Shown here: positions 37,315 through 47,817 of the stretch, piece after piece
How positions within the stretch are numbered: position 1 is the stretch's first letter
Layout of the letters: the number at the start of each line of letters is the position of its first letter
Source: Dictyostelium discoideum
Taxonomy: Eukaryota
DNA: 64,000 nt
Direction of reading: 5' to 3'
Assembly (NCBI GenBank): GCA_000004695.1
Contig: CM000151.3
Span: 1,344,001-1,408,000, forward strand
The notes under the pieces: generated by a model
Seen by the model: only the letters and a program-made list of their open reading frames with translations
The model's database searches: none
What the model was told of the DNA's origin: nothing
Program-made: the position numbers and the translations under genes

Positions 37315-40300
37315 TTAATTTGTAAAAACTATTTTAGGTAATTCTAGTGGTAAAATATTAATTATATTTTGTTTAAAATAATCTAAATTTGGAACTTCTA
37401 ATGTTGTTAAAGTTTTAGGTATTGAACCAATTATTAATGGTTGTTTTAAATTTTCAATTTTAAGATATTTAATAGTTGAGGGAATTGTATTTGGATGAAT
37501 TATATGATTATAATTTTGATGAATATGTAATGATGTTACACTTGGTGGAAATGTTTCATTTTCTATTAATGGATAAGTTATAGAATGAATGTGAACTTTT
37601 TCAATACCATTTGTAATTATACCTTTGGTTAATGGGTAGTTATAAGAATTATGAAATTCTATACAAGTTAATTGCTCTGGAATTGATTCAATTAATAATG
37701 GTTCTTTAATATTATAAACATGTAAATAACCAACAGTACTAGGAATAATACCTTTGGTTATCGATTGATTGAATCCGTTACCTAGGGTTAATGAAATTAC
37801 ACCTGATGGTATTGATCCAATTGAAAGTTGACTTTTAATATCATAAAGGTATAAATTTTTGACAGTTTCAGGAATTAAACCACTTGTTAAATTTTGATTA
37901 AAACCATTTGCTAATTTTAGTATCCTTACACTTGATGGTATTGAACCAGCTAAAATCGGGGTTTTAATATCATTTAAAACTAATAAAGTTACACTATTTG
38001 GTATAATTCCACTAAGAAGAGATGATGAGAAGTTTTCCTCTAAATATAGAGTTTCAACCGAACTTGGAATTGAATTTGGTTTTAGTTGATACATTGTTGA
38101 ACCAATATGAAGTGAGACAATAGTTTTAGGTATTACACCCTTTACTAAATCTTGATCAATATTTTTTAAATATAAACGTCTTGTTTGATCTGGAATTTGA
38201 AAATAATATAAATCAACTTGAGAATCGAGTAATAAATTTTGAGGATTAAAATCTGGAATTTCGCAATCATTAAAACATCTTAAAAATATCTCATTATTAA
38301 ATCTAACCTCGTCTGGTTTATAAAATGATTTTAAATCTGTTGTTTCCTTTGATTCTAAATTAATGTTTCTCTTTGGAAATAAATAATTATCAATTTTGTT
38401 TTTAAATGATTGAATGGTTTGATGTCTATGATTAAAACTAGTTGGTGACCATAAAAATAAAGAGTCTTTAAAATTATATTTTTCCATAAAGTCTTTAATT
38501 AAATTTCTATTAACCGGTGAAATTGTTATATATGAAGAGTTTGAAGCACCACAAACTAAAAGAATACGCTCCAACTTTGATTTAACTATTGAAGTATTTG
38601 TATATATTAAATTTAATGGAAGTGTTAAAGAGGCAATACTCTTTGGATTATCTAAATCATAGATTACGAAAATATAGTTTGAAATATTAAAAAGATTATG
38701 ATTTCCAATATTTTGATCACCTCTTGTCCAAATTTCAACATCTTTACTAACAAATCCTCTTAAAGGACTATCGTTATTATTACTATTATTATTATTATTA
38801 ATATTGTTGTTGTTTGGTGTTTCACTTGTAATTACATAGTCATTATTTGAACGAAAATGTGAAAAGTATGGATTATCTGGTGTGCCAATTAAATTAATTT
38901 TTATTCTTGCTAATTGAGCTTTTAATAAATTATTTCTTGGATCATGAATAGGATCAGCACCATTAACGGATGGAGGTACTTTCAATACTTTTAAAGATCT
39001 AGCTTCACCCAATAAATCCACTAAACCATCACAACCTTCTAATAGAATAGTATGAGCAACAGGAAGATTAAAATAAAGACATTTTAATTTTTTAATTGAA
39101 CGAGCAAGCAATACCTCTAAATTATTAAAATGTAAAAATAATTCAGAACTTTGTAAATTTGAACCAGAAATATCTAAACGTACCAAGTTTGAAAATTTTT
39201 TAATATTATCTAATACACTTAGATTTGAAATTGAGTTTTCAAAAATACAACGAGTAACATTTCCCATTATCACATAAAACTCTTTAAGTGCTTTACAATT
39301 AATTGCACTGATTGTTGATAAATTGTTTGCTTCTATTCTAACATTTGTTAAATTTATACAATTATCAATTTTAAAACGTTTTAAAGATGGAAATTTTAAA
39401 AAAATAAAACCTGCATAATCATATGTTAAAGTTTTAATACCAAGACATTCTGATAGATCTAATACTACCAATGTATCCAATTTAAAAGTTAATAATTCAT
39501 TTCTCGTCACTATAGAATTCACCAATGATATCGAAGCTATTTCTTTATTCTTTAAAATTTCAAATAATGATTTTTGTCTTGTTTCACTAAAATCTTTGAA
39601 ATTGGTTTCTCTTAAAAATGTTGCAAATTGATTAATTTCAATTTTAAATTGAGAACTACTATTTTTTTCAAACTCTTCAAAAAAGTGATGAATATTTTGA
39701 AATTTCATTTTACAAAAATCATCCAATTCTTCCAATGCTTTTCTTGGTCCAAAATTACCACTCCAAAGAGCATTTTGAATTTCATTAGAATCTGGTAAAT
39801 CTCTAGATTCTAATAAAATTTTAGATTTATTTTTTGTTGTTCCTGTATCTTCTCCAACTTTAAGATTAAAATATTTTCTATATTTTCCAACTAATGATAA
39901 ATCTGAATTAAATAATAAATCTCTATATCTATTTGCAATCATTGGTTCTAATTCTTCTAATAATTCAAAGTGTGTAATTTTTTTAAAATTATTATTATTA
40001 TTATTATTATTTTCTTGATCAGGACTATTATTTTCTTTATCTTTAATTTCATTAGTTTGTGAGGTAATTATTTGTTGTAAACGTGTTAATTTACTAAACA
40101 TTTGTTTGATCATACCTTTACTAAAAGATATACCAATAATTGTAATTCTTTGACTTAATAATAATTTTTCATTTGATTTAAAGTGATCTATTGAAGCATC
40201 ATGTTGATCAATTAAATTTGTTACCCAATCTCTACAAACTTTATAGATATCCATATTTTTAATAGCATCAATAACATCTTGATGTATTGGTTGTTTCATT

Positions 40301-43300
40301 TGTTCAAATAAATATAAAGCAGATTCAGTTTGATATGATACCTTACTTAATAAATTAAATGGACCACTTACCTTTGCCACAGAAGGCATAAAACATTGTT
40401 CATTATCAATTGAATATAGTTTATATTTATATTTATTTATTGAATTGGTAGTATCTTCACTATGATTCGAATCATCAATAACTTGAGAGATAATAAAATT
40501 ACCTAAATTACCATCTGCATTATTTACCAACATACTTGTTACTAATTGTTTTGATATATTTGATTGATCTAATTTATTTAATAGTTCTTGACTTTCTTTA
40601 TCACTAAAAGAATCTGGGTTATCTATAACATCAGCTAAAGTTATACCTTCCACTTGTTGAATTAATAAAACTGGTGTTCCACCATTTATCGAAGCCAATT
40701 CGCAATAGGGTGAACAAAAACCAAATAATGCTTCAGATAATCTAATTACGGAAAGTTCAGTTCCTGGGAATTGTGGCTCAAATTTGAAATAGATACCATT
40801 ACCAAATACATCATTAATAAAGGTTACAGATCTTCCACCATGTTTATTTCTTCTAATTGGTTGATTAGTTTCACTATCGAATAAAATATTCCAAAATTCT
40901 TTTGAAACTATTCTTTTCTCACCAATTACTGGTGAAATTAATCTCTTTTTAAAATCTTCATCATCATTATCATCCAATCCAACAATTGGTAATAATTTGT
41001 TCAAAGTTATTGCCCAAGATATTTTTGGATTTTGTTGAAATAATAATTTTAAATAAGGTCTAAAATCATATCTTTCATCGTCGGTCAATTGTTGACAATA
41101 ATAATTTGAAATTAAAACTTGATCTGAATTTTTACCCGCACCTAAATCAATTAACAATTTAAAAAGTTCAAATTGTTTATTTAATACCACTAAATCTAAA
41201 ATGGTTTTACCATCTTCAACTAAATTAATATCAAATCCAAATGATTTAATTAATAATAAAATATATTTTGAAACTTGATCAGTTTTCTTCTTTTCTTCAC
41301 TATTACTATTACTAATACAATCAAAATCAATTAAAAGTGAATGTAAAATTGATTTTTCATTTGTAGAGATAATTTCTTGATTAGAATAATTAATAAACTT
41401 AATAAATTTATTAATTAATTCTTCACTTGCAAAACCTCTAAATAATGAAATTAAAACTAATTTCTTTGAATCAAAAAATGATTTATGAATTTTATAGAAT
41501 GGTGTATTATCTGTACTACTTTTAATAAAGTTAGGGTTGACTTCAAATAATGGAGAGCTCATTTCATTTTTAAAATAATTAAATACCATTTCTAACCATT
41601 GAATTAAATGAAGATTATTTGATTGAAAATCTTTAAATTCTGCTTTTGCAATGATATATCTAATGATTTTATCAAATGAAACATCTGATTTATCAAGTGG
41701 ATTCGATTGTTCTTTAAGGTATTGATTAATTTGATCTTTTAATAACTTTTTTTCAGCTTCAGTACCATGTCTAAATAATAATTGATTTAAATTTAAATTA
41801 CCATGAAAAATATCTCTTGCTTGATCTTTAACATTTGTATGACCGAAATGTTTTGAAAAGAAATTATAATAATAATAAGCAAATGGATGAACTTGTTTAA
41901 ATAAATCTTGATGAGTAATCTCTTCAGATATTGAAAGTTGTTGAATTAAAATTTTAAATCTGTCAATCATATTACTAATGAAACGAATTGAAATAGTCCA
42001 TGGAATTTCCATATCTTCTCTAAAATTCGCTATTCTTGATTCAGCTTCTAAAGTTTTTGAAAATAAAGTTTCATAAATTTCATTATTCTCTTTTAAACTA
42101 TTAATCCAATTTAAAATGAAAACAAATGGATTATGTTTAATAAATTGGTTTCTAATTATAGAATTTACACTTTTTAACATTAATGGCTCAATCGTGAATA
42201 AAATATTCTTAACACCAATTTGCAAATCATTATTTTTGATTTCAATTTCATCAGATTGTAAACAATTATCATTATCAATACCAATTATTCTTTTTGTACC
42301 TTTTTCAATTATGTAATTATCATCCTTTGCATCTGTTGACATTATTAAAAAGTTTGACAGAACATGAGCACTAAAACTTTCTTCATCCAATGGTAGTGAA
42401 CCAATCTTTTTATTAAAATTTTCAATAACATCAGTAAAAGAATCACCATCAACCTTTAAAGAAGATTGAATGAATAATGATTGATTTCTCTCTTTTAAAC
42501 ATTTTTTAATGGTTTCTTTTAAAGTTGGATTATTTTCAAATACAGCTCCAATGGAATTACTTAAATTATTCTCTTGCACCTGTTTTGAAAATTCTTTTTT
42601 CTCATTACTAGATTCGATTGGTAAGAAAGGTAATCTTGATAAATATAGTAATTTCGTTGGTGTAACCAATGAGTAGTCTAAATCTGGATAAAGTTGTTTA
42701 TAGAATTGGAATATTGAATGTTCTTTAGCTGGTCTCAGTAAAGTATTTCCGTTGTCAACTTTGAAATACATTTCATCATATCTTGAGACATAACTCGTTC
42801 CAAATTCATTATCTTTCACATAAGATAACGTATCAGGATCATACGATGAAATTTGGTATGCCGATTTCAATGAATTCAAATTTCTATATCTTAAATTACC
42901 ATCACTTTCATAACTATCAATTAATACTAATGGATTTTCTTCATATAAATTTGAATCTTTTTTTTTAGCTAGTTCAACTAAATTTTTTGAATAAATTTCT
43001 AATTGTTCAATGTAACCATTTAATAACATTTTTAAATCTTCTTTAATTCTTAATTGATTTTCATCATCATGATCACCATAATCATCATCATTTTTTTCAT
43101 CCAATTTTAATAAAACTTGTGATACCTTATTAATATTCAAAATTAATGAATTAAATAAAGGATGTTCAATTGATGGTGATTTCGTAAATTCATTATATTT
43201 AATTGCTTTATCCATTACTTTTACAAACTTTTCTGGTGATAAAACTAATCCTTTGACCATGTTTATTAATTTATCATCCTTTAATTTTGATAAATAAATT

Positions 43301-43377
43301 TCAATTTCCTTGTGATAGGCTATTGTTGTTATCTTTTTTAGATTTTCTAATAAAAGATTTTCTTTTTCATTCTTCAT
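37315..43377 (-). CDS. Giant multidomain protein of 2020 aa. It has an N-terminal helical region, a central region with a possible atypical-kinase-like core, leucine-rich repeats, and a C-terminal array of FNIP repeats.
   Basis: The C-terminal 300 residues are tandem copies of about 22 aa of the form IP..V..L.LG..FNQ.L..G.IP..V..L (IPSSVRILKLANGFNQNLTSGLIPETVKNLYLYD..., IPSGVISLTLGNGFNQSITKGIIPSTVGYLHV...). This is the FNIP repeat family, established as frequent in Dictyostelium. The LRR-like block is LDLSECLGIKTL...LKRFKIDNCINLTNVRIEANNLSTISAINCKALKEF...LDISGSNL. The central core around NADGNLGNFII / GTPVLLIQQVEGITLADV is only suggestive of a kinase-like fold. A single ORF; the ATG at 43377 was verified. 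Only 62 bp separate its stop from the PRP6 stop. Confidence 0.8.
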   Translation of the reverse strand: MKNEKENLLLENLKKITTIAYHKEIEIYLSKLKDDKLINMVKGLVLSPEKFVKVMDKAIKYNEFTKSPSIEHPLFNSLILNINKVSQVLLKLDEKNDDDYGDHDDENQLRIKEDLKMLLNGYIEQLEIYSKNLVELAKKKDSNLYEENPLVLIDSYESDGNLRYRNLNSLKSAYQISSYDPDTLSYVKDNEFGTSYVSRYDEMYFKVDNGNTLLRPAKEHSIFQFYKQLYPDLDYSLVTPTKLLYLSRLPFLPIESSNEKKEFSKQVQENNLSNSIGAVFENNPTLKETIKKCLKERNQSLFIQSSLKVDGDSFTDVIENFNKKIGSLPLDEESFSAHVLSNFLIMSTDAKDDNYIIEKGTKRIIGIDNDNCLQSDEIEIKNNDLQIGVKNILFTIEPLMLKSVNSIIRNQFIKHNPFVFILNWINSLKENNEIYETLFSKTLEAESRIANFREDMEIPWTISIRFISNMIDRFKILIQQLSISEEITHQDLFKQVHPFAYYYYNFFSKHFGHTNVKDQARDIFHGNLNLNQLLFRHGTEAEKKLLKDQINQYLKEQSNPLDKSDVSFDKIIRYIIAKAEFKDFQSNNLHLIQWLEMVFNYFKNEMSSPLFEVNPNFIKSSTDNTPFYKIHKSFFDSKKLVLISLFRGFASEELINKFIKFINYSNQEIISTNEKSILHSLLIDFDCISNSNSEEKKKTDQVSKYILLLIKSFGFDINLVEDGKTILDLVVLNKQFELFKLLIDLGAGKNSDQVLISNYYCQQLTDDERYDFRPYLKLLFQQNPKISWAITLNKLLPIVGLDDNDDEDFKKRLISPVIGEKRIVSKEFWNILFDSETNQPIRRNKHGGRSVTFINDVFGNGIYFKFEPQFPGTELSVIRLSEALFGFCSPYCELASINGGTPVLLIQQVEGITLADVIDNPDSFSDKESQELLNKLDQSNISKQLVTSMLVNNADGNLGNFIISQVIDDSNHSEDTTNSINKYKYKLYSIDNEQCFMPSVAKVSGPFNLLSKVSYQTESALYLFEQMKQPIHQDVIDAIKNMDIYKVCRDWVTNLIDQHDASIDHFKSNEKLLLSQRITIIGISFSKGMIKQMFSKLTRLQQIITSQTNEIKDKENNSPDQENNNNNNNNFKKITHFELLEELEPMIANRYRDLLFNSDLSLVGKYRKYFNLKVGEDTGTTKNKSKILLESRDLPDSNEIQNALWSGNFGPRKALEELDDFCKMKFQNIHHFFEEFEKNSSSQFKIEINQFATFLRETNFKDFSETRQKSLFEILKNKEIASISLVNSIVTRNELLTFKLDTLVVLDLSECLGIKTLTYDYAGFIFLKFPSLKRFKIDNCINLTNVRIEANNLSTISAINCKALKEFYVIMGNVTRCIFENSISNLSVLDNIKKFSNLVRLDISGSNLQSSELFLHFNNLEVLLARSIKKLKCLYFNLPVAHTILLEGCDGLVDLLGEARSLKVLKVPPSVNGADPIHDPRNNLLKAQLARIKINLIGTPDNPYFSHFRSNNDYVITSETPNNNNINNNNNSNNNDSPLRGFVSKDVEIWTRGDQNIGNHNLFNISNYIFVIYDLDNPKSIASLTLPLNLIYTNTSIVKSKLERILLVCGASNSSYITISPVNRNLIKDFMEKYNFKDSLFLWSPTSFNHRHQTIQSFKNKIDNYLFPKRNINLESKETTDLKSFYKPDEVRFNNEIFLRCFNDCEIPDFNPQNLLLDSQVDLYYFQIPDQTRRLYLKNIDQDLVKGVIPKTIVSLHIGSTMYQLKPNSIPSSVETLYLEENFSSSLLSGIIPNSVTLLVLNDIKTPILAGSIPSSVRILKLANGFNQNLTSGLIPETVKNLYLYDIKSQLSIGSIPSGVISLTLGNGFNQSITKGIIPSTVGYLHVYNIKEPLLIESIPEQLTCIEFHNSYNYPLTKGIITNGIEKVHIHSITYPLIENETFPPSVTSLHIHQNYNHIIHPNTIPSTIKYLKIENLKQPLIIGSIPKTLTTLEVPNLDYFKQNIINILPLELPKIVFTN

Positions 43378-43608
43378 TTTTTCACTTTAGTAATATGAAA
43401 AAGATTTTTAAAAATATTTTAAAAAAATAAAACAAAATAAAATAAAAAAAAAAAAAAAAAAAAAAAAATCAAAACCGGCGAGGAATTTTAAGTGTTTTTT
43501 ATATTATTTTAGGTTTTAAAATTAAATTAGGCACTTGTTTTTTTTTTTTCTTTTTTTTTTTTATTAATTGTCACTACTAAAATTTATTTATCTTTAATTA
43601 ATTAATTA

Positions 43609-43647
<39 letters not shown>

Positions 43648-43684
43648 TTTTAAAACCATTAAAAAAAGATTTAAAGTGGAAATA

Positions 43685-43715
<31 letters not shown>

Positions 43716-43818
43716 TTTTGAGTTTTTATAATAAAATCTTAAAAAAAATTTTTTCAAAAAAAAAAAAATCTTTTTTTCCTTTTTTTTTTTTTTTTAAAAA
43801 ATATTTTAAAATGAACTT

Positions 43819-44550
43819 CCTATTTAATTACTATAAATAGAAAAAAAAAAATTAATTTAAAAAATGGATGTAATCATCCTTTCTGTTTACATTTTTTTAT
43901 TATTTTTTTTTTTATTTTTTTTTTTTTATTTTTTTTTAATACCAAATCTTGGTTATTTAACCTTATCTATTTTTAGTTTTAAAATTATTTATAGTTTTTT
44001 TTAAAATATATGTCAAAAAAAATAAATAAATAAAATAAACTATCAATTTTAATATAAAAAAACATTTACAATCAAATTTTTTTTTTTTTCCTTGTACTCA
44101 ATTTTGGCCTCATGTTGGAAAAAAAAAAGCAACACAAACTAGTGATACTTGTCCAATGGAGGAGTAAAAATAATATGACGACTAACCAATTTTCTTTTTT
44201 TCCTATTTAATTACTATAAATGGAAAAAAAGTAATTTTTTAATGATTAAAAAAATGGATATAATAATCATTTCTGTTAACATTATTTTTTTATTTTTTTA
44301 TTTTTTATTTTTCTTTAATACCAAATCTTGGTTTTTAACCTTATCTATTTTTAGTTTTAAAATTAATTATAGTTTTTTGGTAAAATATTTGACAAAAAAA
44401 AAAAATAATAAAATAAACTAATAATTTTAATTAACAAAAACATTTATCATTGAAATTTTTTTTTTCCTTATATACTCCATTTTGGCGTCAGGTTAGAAAA
44501 AAAAAAAAAAAGAAACACAATCTTATGATATTTATCTCAAAAAAACAAGA
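43819..44550. repeat. Tandem duplication of a roughly 383-bp non-coding unit. Copy 1 is 43819..44201. Copy 2 is 44202..about 44550, with about 85-90% identity in alignable parts.
   Basis: Shared blocks are cctatttaattactataaat[a/g]gaaaaaaa, aatggat[g/a]taat[c/a]atc[c/a]tttctgtt[t/a]acat, taataccaaatcttggtt[a]tttaaccttatctatttttagttttaaaatta, aaataaactat/aataattttaat, and ccattttggc[c/g]tca[t/g]gtt[g/a]gaaaaaaaaa. The junction carries gtaaaaataatatgacgactaaccaattttcttttttt, which recurs in intron 2 of the downstream LURP-like gene. Confidence 0.65.
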
Positions 44551-44912
44551 AAAAAAACCAGGTGTTACATTTTTGTGAAAGTCTTAATATAAAAAAAAAA
44601 AAATTAATAAAAAATAAAAATAAAAAAAAATAAAAAAATAAAAAAAAAAAAAAAAAAAAAATGAAAAAAAAAATAAAAAAAATTAAAAATAGAAATTTTT
44701 TTTTTTTAATATAAAAAAACAAAAGAAAAAAAAAAAAAAAACAAACTTATAGTAAAAAACTTATATAAATCTAAATAAAAATAAAAATGACAAAATTATA
44801 TATAAAACAAAAAGTATTCTCTTTTGGTGAGAAATATAATGTATATGATGAATTTAAAAATAAAAAGTAAAAATATTTTCTATACCCCTATTATTATTTT
44901 TAAATAATGATA

Positions 44913-44946
<34 letters not shown>

Positions 44947-45002
44947 CATTTTAAAGATTTTATTGTGAAGGTTCTGTTTTCAGTTGGGGTAGTAAAATAA
45001 AA

Positions 45003-45458
45003 ATGTTTAGCCAAGATACAAATCAATTAATTTTTGTAATTAGACAAAAAGTTAAATTTTCATTTTATAAAAAATATTTTATCTATGATGGTAATGATAA
45101 CCTTTTGGCAACAGTTAAACAAAAATCATTGTTTAAACCAAAATTAGAAATCGTTTTAAATGAAAATGAGCAATACACATGTAAAGGTGATTTTTTTAGT
45201 TATAATTTTCAAATCTTAGATGATGGTCTTCCAATTGGAAGGTATGTTTTTTATTTATGAAATTTTCATCTAATTACAACTTATAAAATAACTAACTTTT
45301 ATTTTATTTATTTATTTATTTATTTCAGTGTTACAAAGAGAGTATTATCATGGGGTGATACATATATGTTGGATATATCAGAGAATTTCGAACCATCCTT
45401 CTTTGTTGCAATTGTTATTACAATTGACGATTGTGTTCATAGAGAAAACAATGGATAA
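45003..45458 (+). CDS. LURP-one-related (DUF567, tubby C-terminal-like) protein, short paralogue. Exon 1 is 45003..45241 and exon 2 is 45329..45458, giving 122 aa. It may lack N-terminal exon(s).
   Basis: The product is ...YTCKGDFFSYNFQILDDGLPIGS|VTKRVLSWGDTYMLDISENFEPSFFVAIVITIDDCVHRENNG*. It matches the C-terminal half of Arabidopsis LURP1 (FEVRGSW...KDNFSVTVYPNVDYAFIASLVVILDDVNRED). The intron is GTATGT..TATTTCAG with phase 2, verified. The length is only about half a full LOR domain. Confidence 0.55.
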
Positions 45459-45997
45459 TAGTTTATATTAATTTTTTGACCCCTTAAAAAGTTTATATGA
45501 ATATAAAAACAAAATTATTATTATTAAAATAAATTTAAAATAATCTTTTAAATTTATAAACAATTGCATTCATTATTTTTCATTTAAAAAAATTAATTAA
45601 TTTAGAATTCCAATTGTCAGGAAAGAAAAAAGGAAAAAAAAAAAAAAAAAAAAAAATTAATATAAACATCAACTATAGTTCGGAATTGTTTAAAAAAAAA
45701 ATAAAATTAAAATTAATTATAGTTTAGAATTGTTTAAAAAAAAATTAAAATTAAAAAAAAAAAAATTAAAAAAAAAAAAAAAAATTTAAAAATAAAACAT
45801 TCGTAGATTTGTACATGTTTCCATATTTAAACATTAATTTCCAAAAGGGGATGCAAAATTTGGTGTATTGATGAAATGAATATAAAAGAAAAAAAAAAAT
45901 TAAAAAAAAAAAAAATTAAAATAAAAAAATAAAAAAATAAAAATAAATAAAATAATATATTTGTAAATATTAAATTAATTAAATATATATTAAAAAA

Positions 45998-46478
45998 ATG
46001 ATGAAAAAATATATTGTTAGTTATGGTAATAATTATGGATATTATAATTCAAATAAACAAATTAATATTTTAGATGATACAAGAAAGGAAGTTCTTTATG
46101 AATGTTATTTAAATCCAAAGAATAGGAAATGTGATTTTTATAAATATAATTCAAATAATCCAAATAATAATAAATATGATAAAAATAATGAAAATTTTAA
46201 AATTGAAGATTGTTACTCAATAAAAGAACCAGAATTAAAAGATGATGAATTATTTAAAATTGAAAAAGAGAGTTTCCTATCCCTTCATTCAAAACATTTA
46301 ATCTTAAATAAAGAAAATCAATTAATATCAACAATGGAAAGGAAAACAAGATTATTTTCTCATTCAAATTATAATTTAACAATGATAAATGGTCAACAAT
46401 ATTTTATAATTCCACCAAAATCAAAAGTTAATTTTGGTGGTTTTGAAATTTATGATGGTGATAAATTAATTGGAAAGT

Positions 46479-46561
<83 letters not shown>

Positions 46562-47041
46562 CCAATAAAATCGAATTCTTCTAATAATAAAATTAATTTA
46601 TTTTTCATTTCAATAGTGCTTGGTTTGGAGTAAATTATGAATTATTTTTAAATGAACAATATGATGAGCCATTCTTTTTATTAGTTTCAATTATTGCCAA
46701 TAACTTCTTTTCTTCTATTACTCCAAGGTAGATATATCACTAATATCACTAATGAAAAAAATGTAAAAATAATATGATGACTAACCAATTTTCTTTTTTT
46801 ATTTTACTTTAAAAGTAGAAGAAAAATGAGATCATTTAATAAAAATCCCAATTTCATTAGCAGTGGAAGTAACGGAATGAATTGGGGTGGTTCTTTGAAC
46901 ACTTGTGACTCTGGAGGATTCAATAGTTTTGGTTGCGACAGTGGCGGTGGTGGCTTTGGTTGCGACAGTGGTGGTGGTGGTTTTGGTTGCGACAGTGGTG
47001 GTGGTGGTTTTGGTGGCTGTGATAGTGGAAGTTCATTTTAA
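45998..47041 (+). CDS. LURP-one-related (tubby-like) protein with a Gly/Cys/Asp/Ser-rich repeat tail. Exon 1 is 45998..46476, exon 2 is 46617..46727, and exon 3 is 46816..47041, giving about 271 aa.
   Basis: Exon 1 ends ...GGFEIYDGDKLIG. Exon 2 reads N|AWFGVNYELFLNEQYDEPFFLLVSIIANNFFSSITP, paralogous to the gene above and to the LURP1 C-terminus. Exon 3 reads SRRKMRSFNKNPNFISSG...GCDSGGGGFGCDSGGGGFGCDSGGGGFGGCDSGSSF*. Donors are GTAAGT and GTAGAT; acceptors are CAATAG and TTAAAAG. Phases were verified (479+111+226=816 nt). Intron 1 contains a 77-nt pure poly(A) run. Confidence 0.65.
46483..46559 (+). repeat. Uninterrupted poly(A) homopolymer of 77 nt inside intron 1 of the LURP-like gene.
   Basis: Counted directly. 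A runs from 46483 to 46559 immediately after the GTAAGT donor. Confidence 0.95.
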
Positions 47042-47159
47042 TATTTTTTAAAAAAATAATTTTTAATTAAATAATTTTAAAATAATTTTATTTGAAATAA
47101 ATGTTCTATCATTCAAATTAAAATAAAATAATTAAGTAAATTTTTTCAACCTATTTAAA

Positions 47160-47560
47160 TTGGTGCATACATGTATGTATGCATGTATGTTGAGAATGAG
47201 TGGTTGTTACTTGGGGGTTAAGTGGTTTTGCAAATTATCTTAAAATATTTATTTTAACACATAAAAAAATAATAACAATTTTTTTTTTTTATTATTTTTA
47301 TGTGTTAAAATAATTATATAATATCTTCTTTTTTTAATTTTTATATTACAATATGTAGTTTAAAAAAGGGAATAATCTCATTTATTTATATTTTTATAAA
47401 TATGGATCGTTATAAATGATCTTATCAAAAAAAGAAAAAACGATTATTTTATCATATAATTGGGGGTAAATTCGAATTGTGTGGTTGTTATTGTGTTTTT
47501 GTGAGTTTTGTAATTTGTATTATAACAACTGGGGTATATTTATCTGTTAATATCAACATG
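47160..47560. other. Non-coding G/T-rich island with palindromes, lying between the LURP-like gene and the glycoprotein gene. It contains a perfect 19-bp inverted repeat (47248..47266 / 47295..47313, with a 28-nt loop) and direct repeats of the gtggttgtta / ttgggggt(t)aa motifs.
   Basis: The stem ttattttaacacataaaaa pairs with tttttatgtgttaaaataa, verified base by base. The segment gcatacatgtatgtatgcatgtatg is near-palindromic. The segments gagtggttgttacttgggggttaagtggttttg (about 47201) and ttgggggtaaattcgaattgtgtggttgttattgtgtttttgtgagttttg (about 47461) share motifs. There is no ORF. Confidence 0.5.
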
Positions 47561-47786
47561 GTGTAAATTTGTTAATTGAATTTATTTTTATTATAATACA
47601 ATATAAAAAATAAAAAATAAAAATAAAAAAAATAAAAAAAATAAAAATAAAAAAAAAAATTATTGTCTAACACACAAATGATTTAATAATCGTCTTTTAA
47701 TTGTTTTTTTTTTATTTTAACACTAAAAAAAATATTAACTATTTATTTTTTTTTTTTTAAATATTCATTATATTTTTAAATATTAT

Positions 47787-47817
<31 letters not shown>

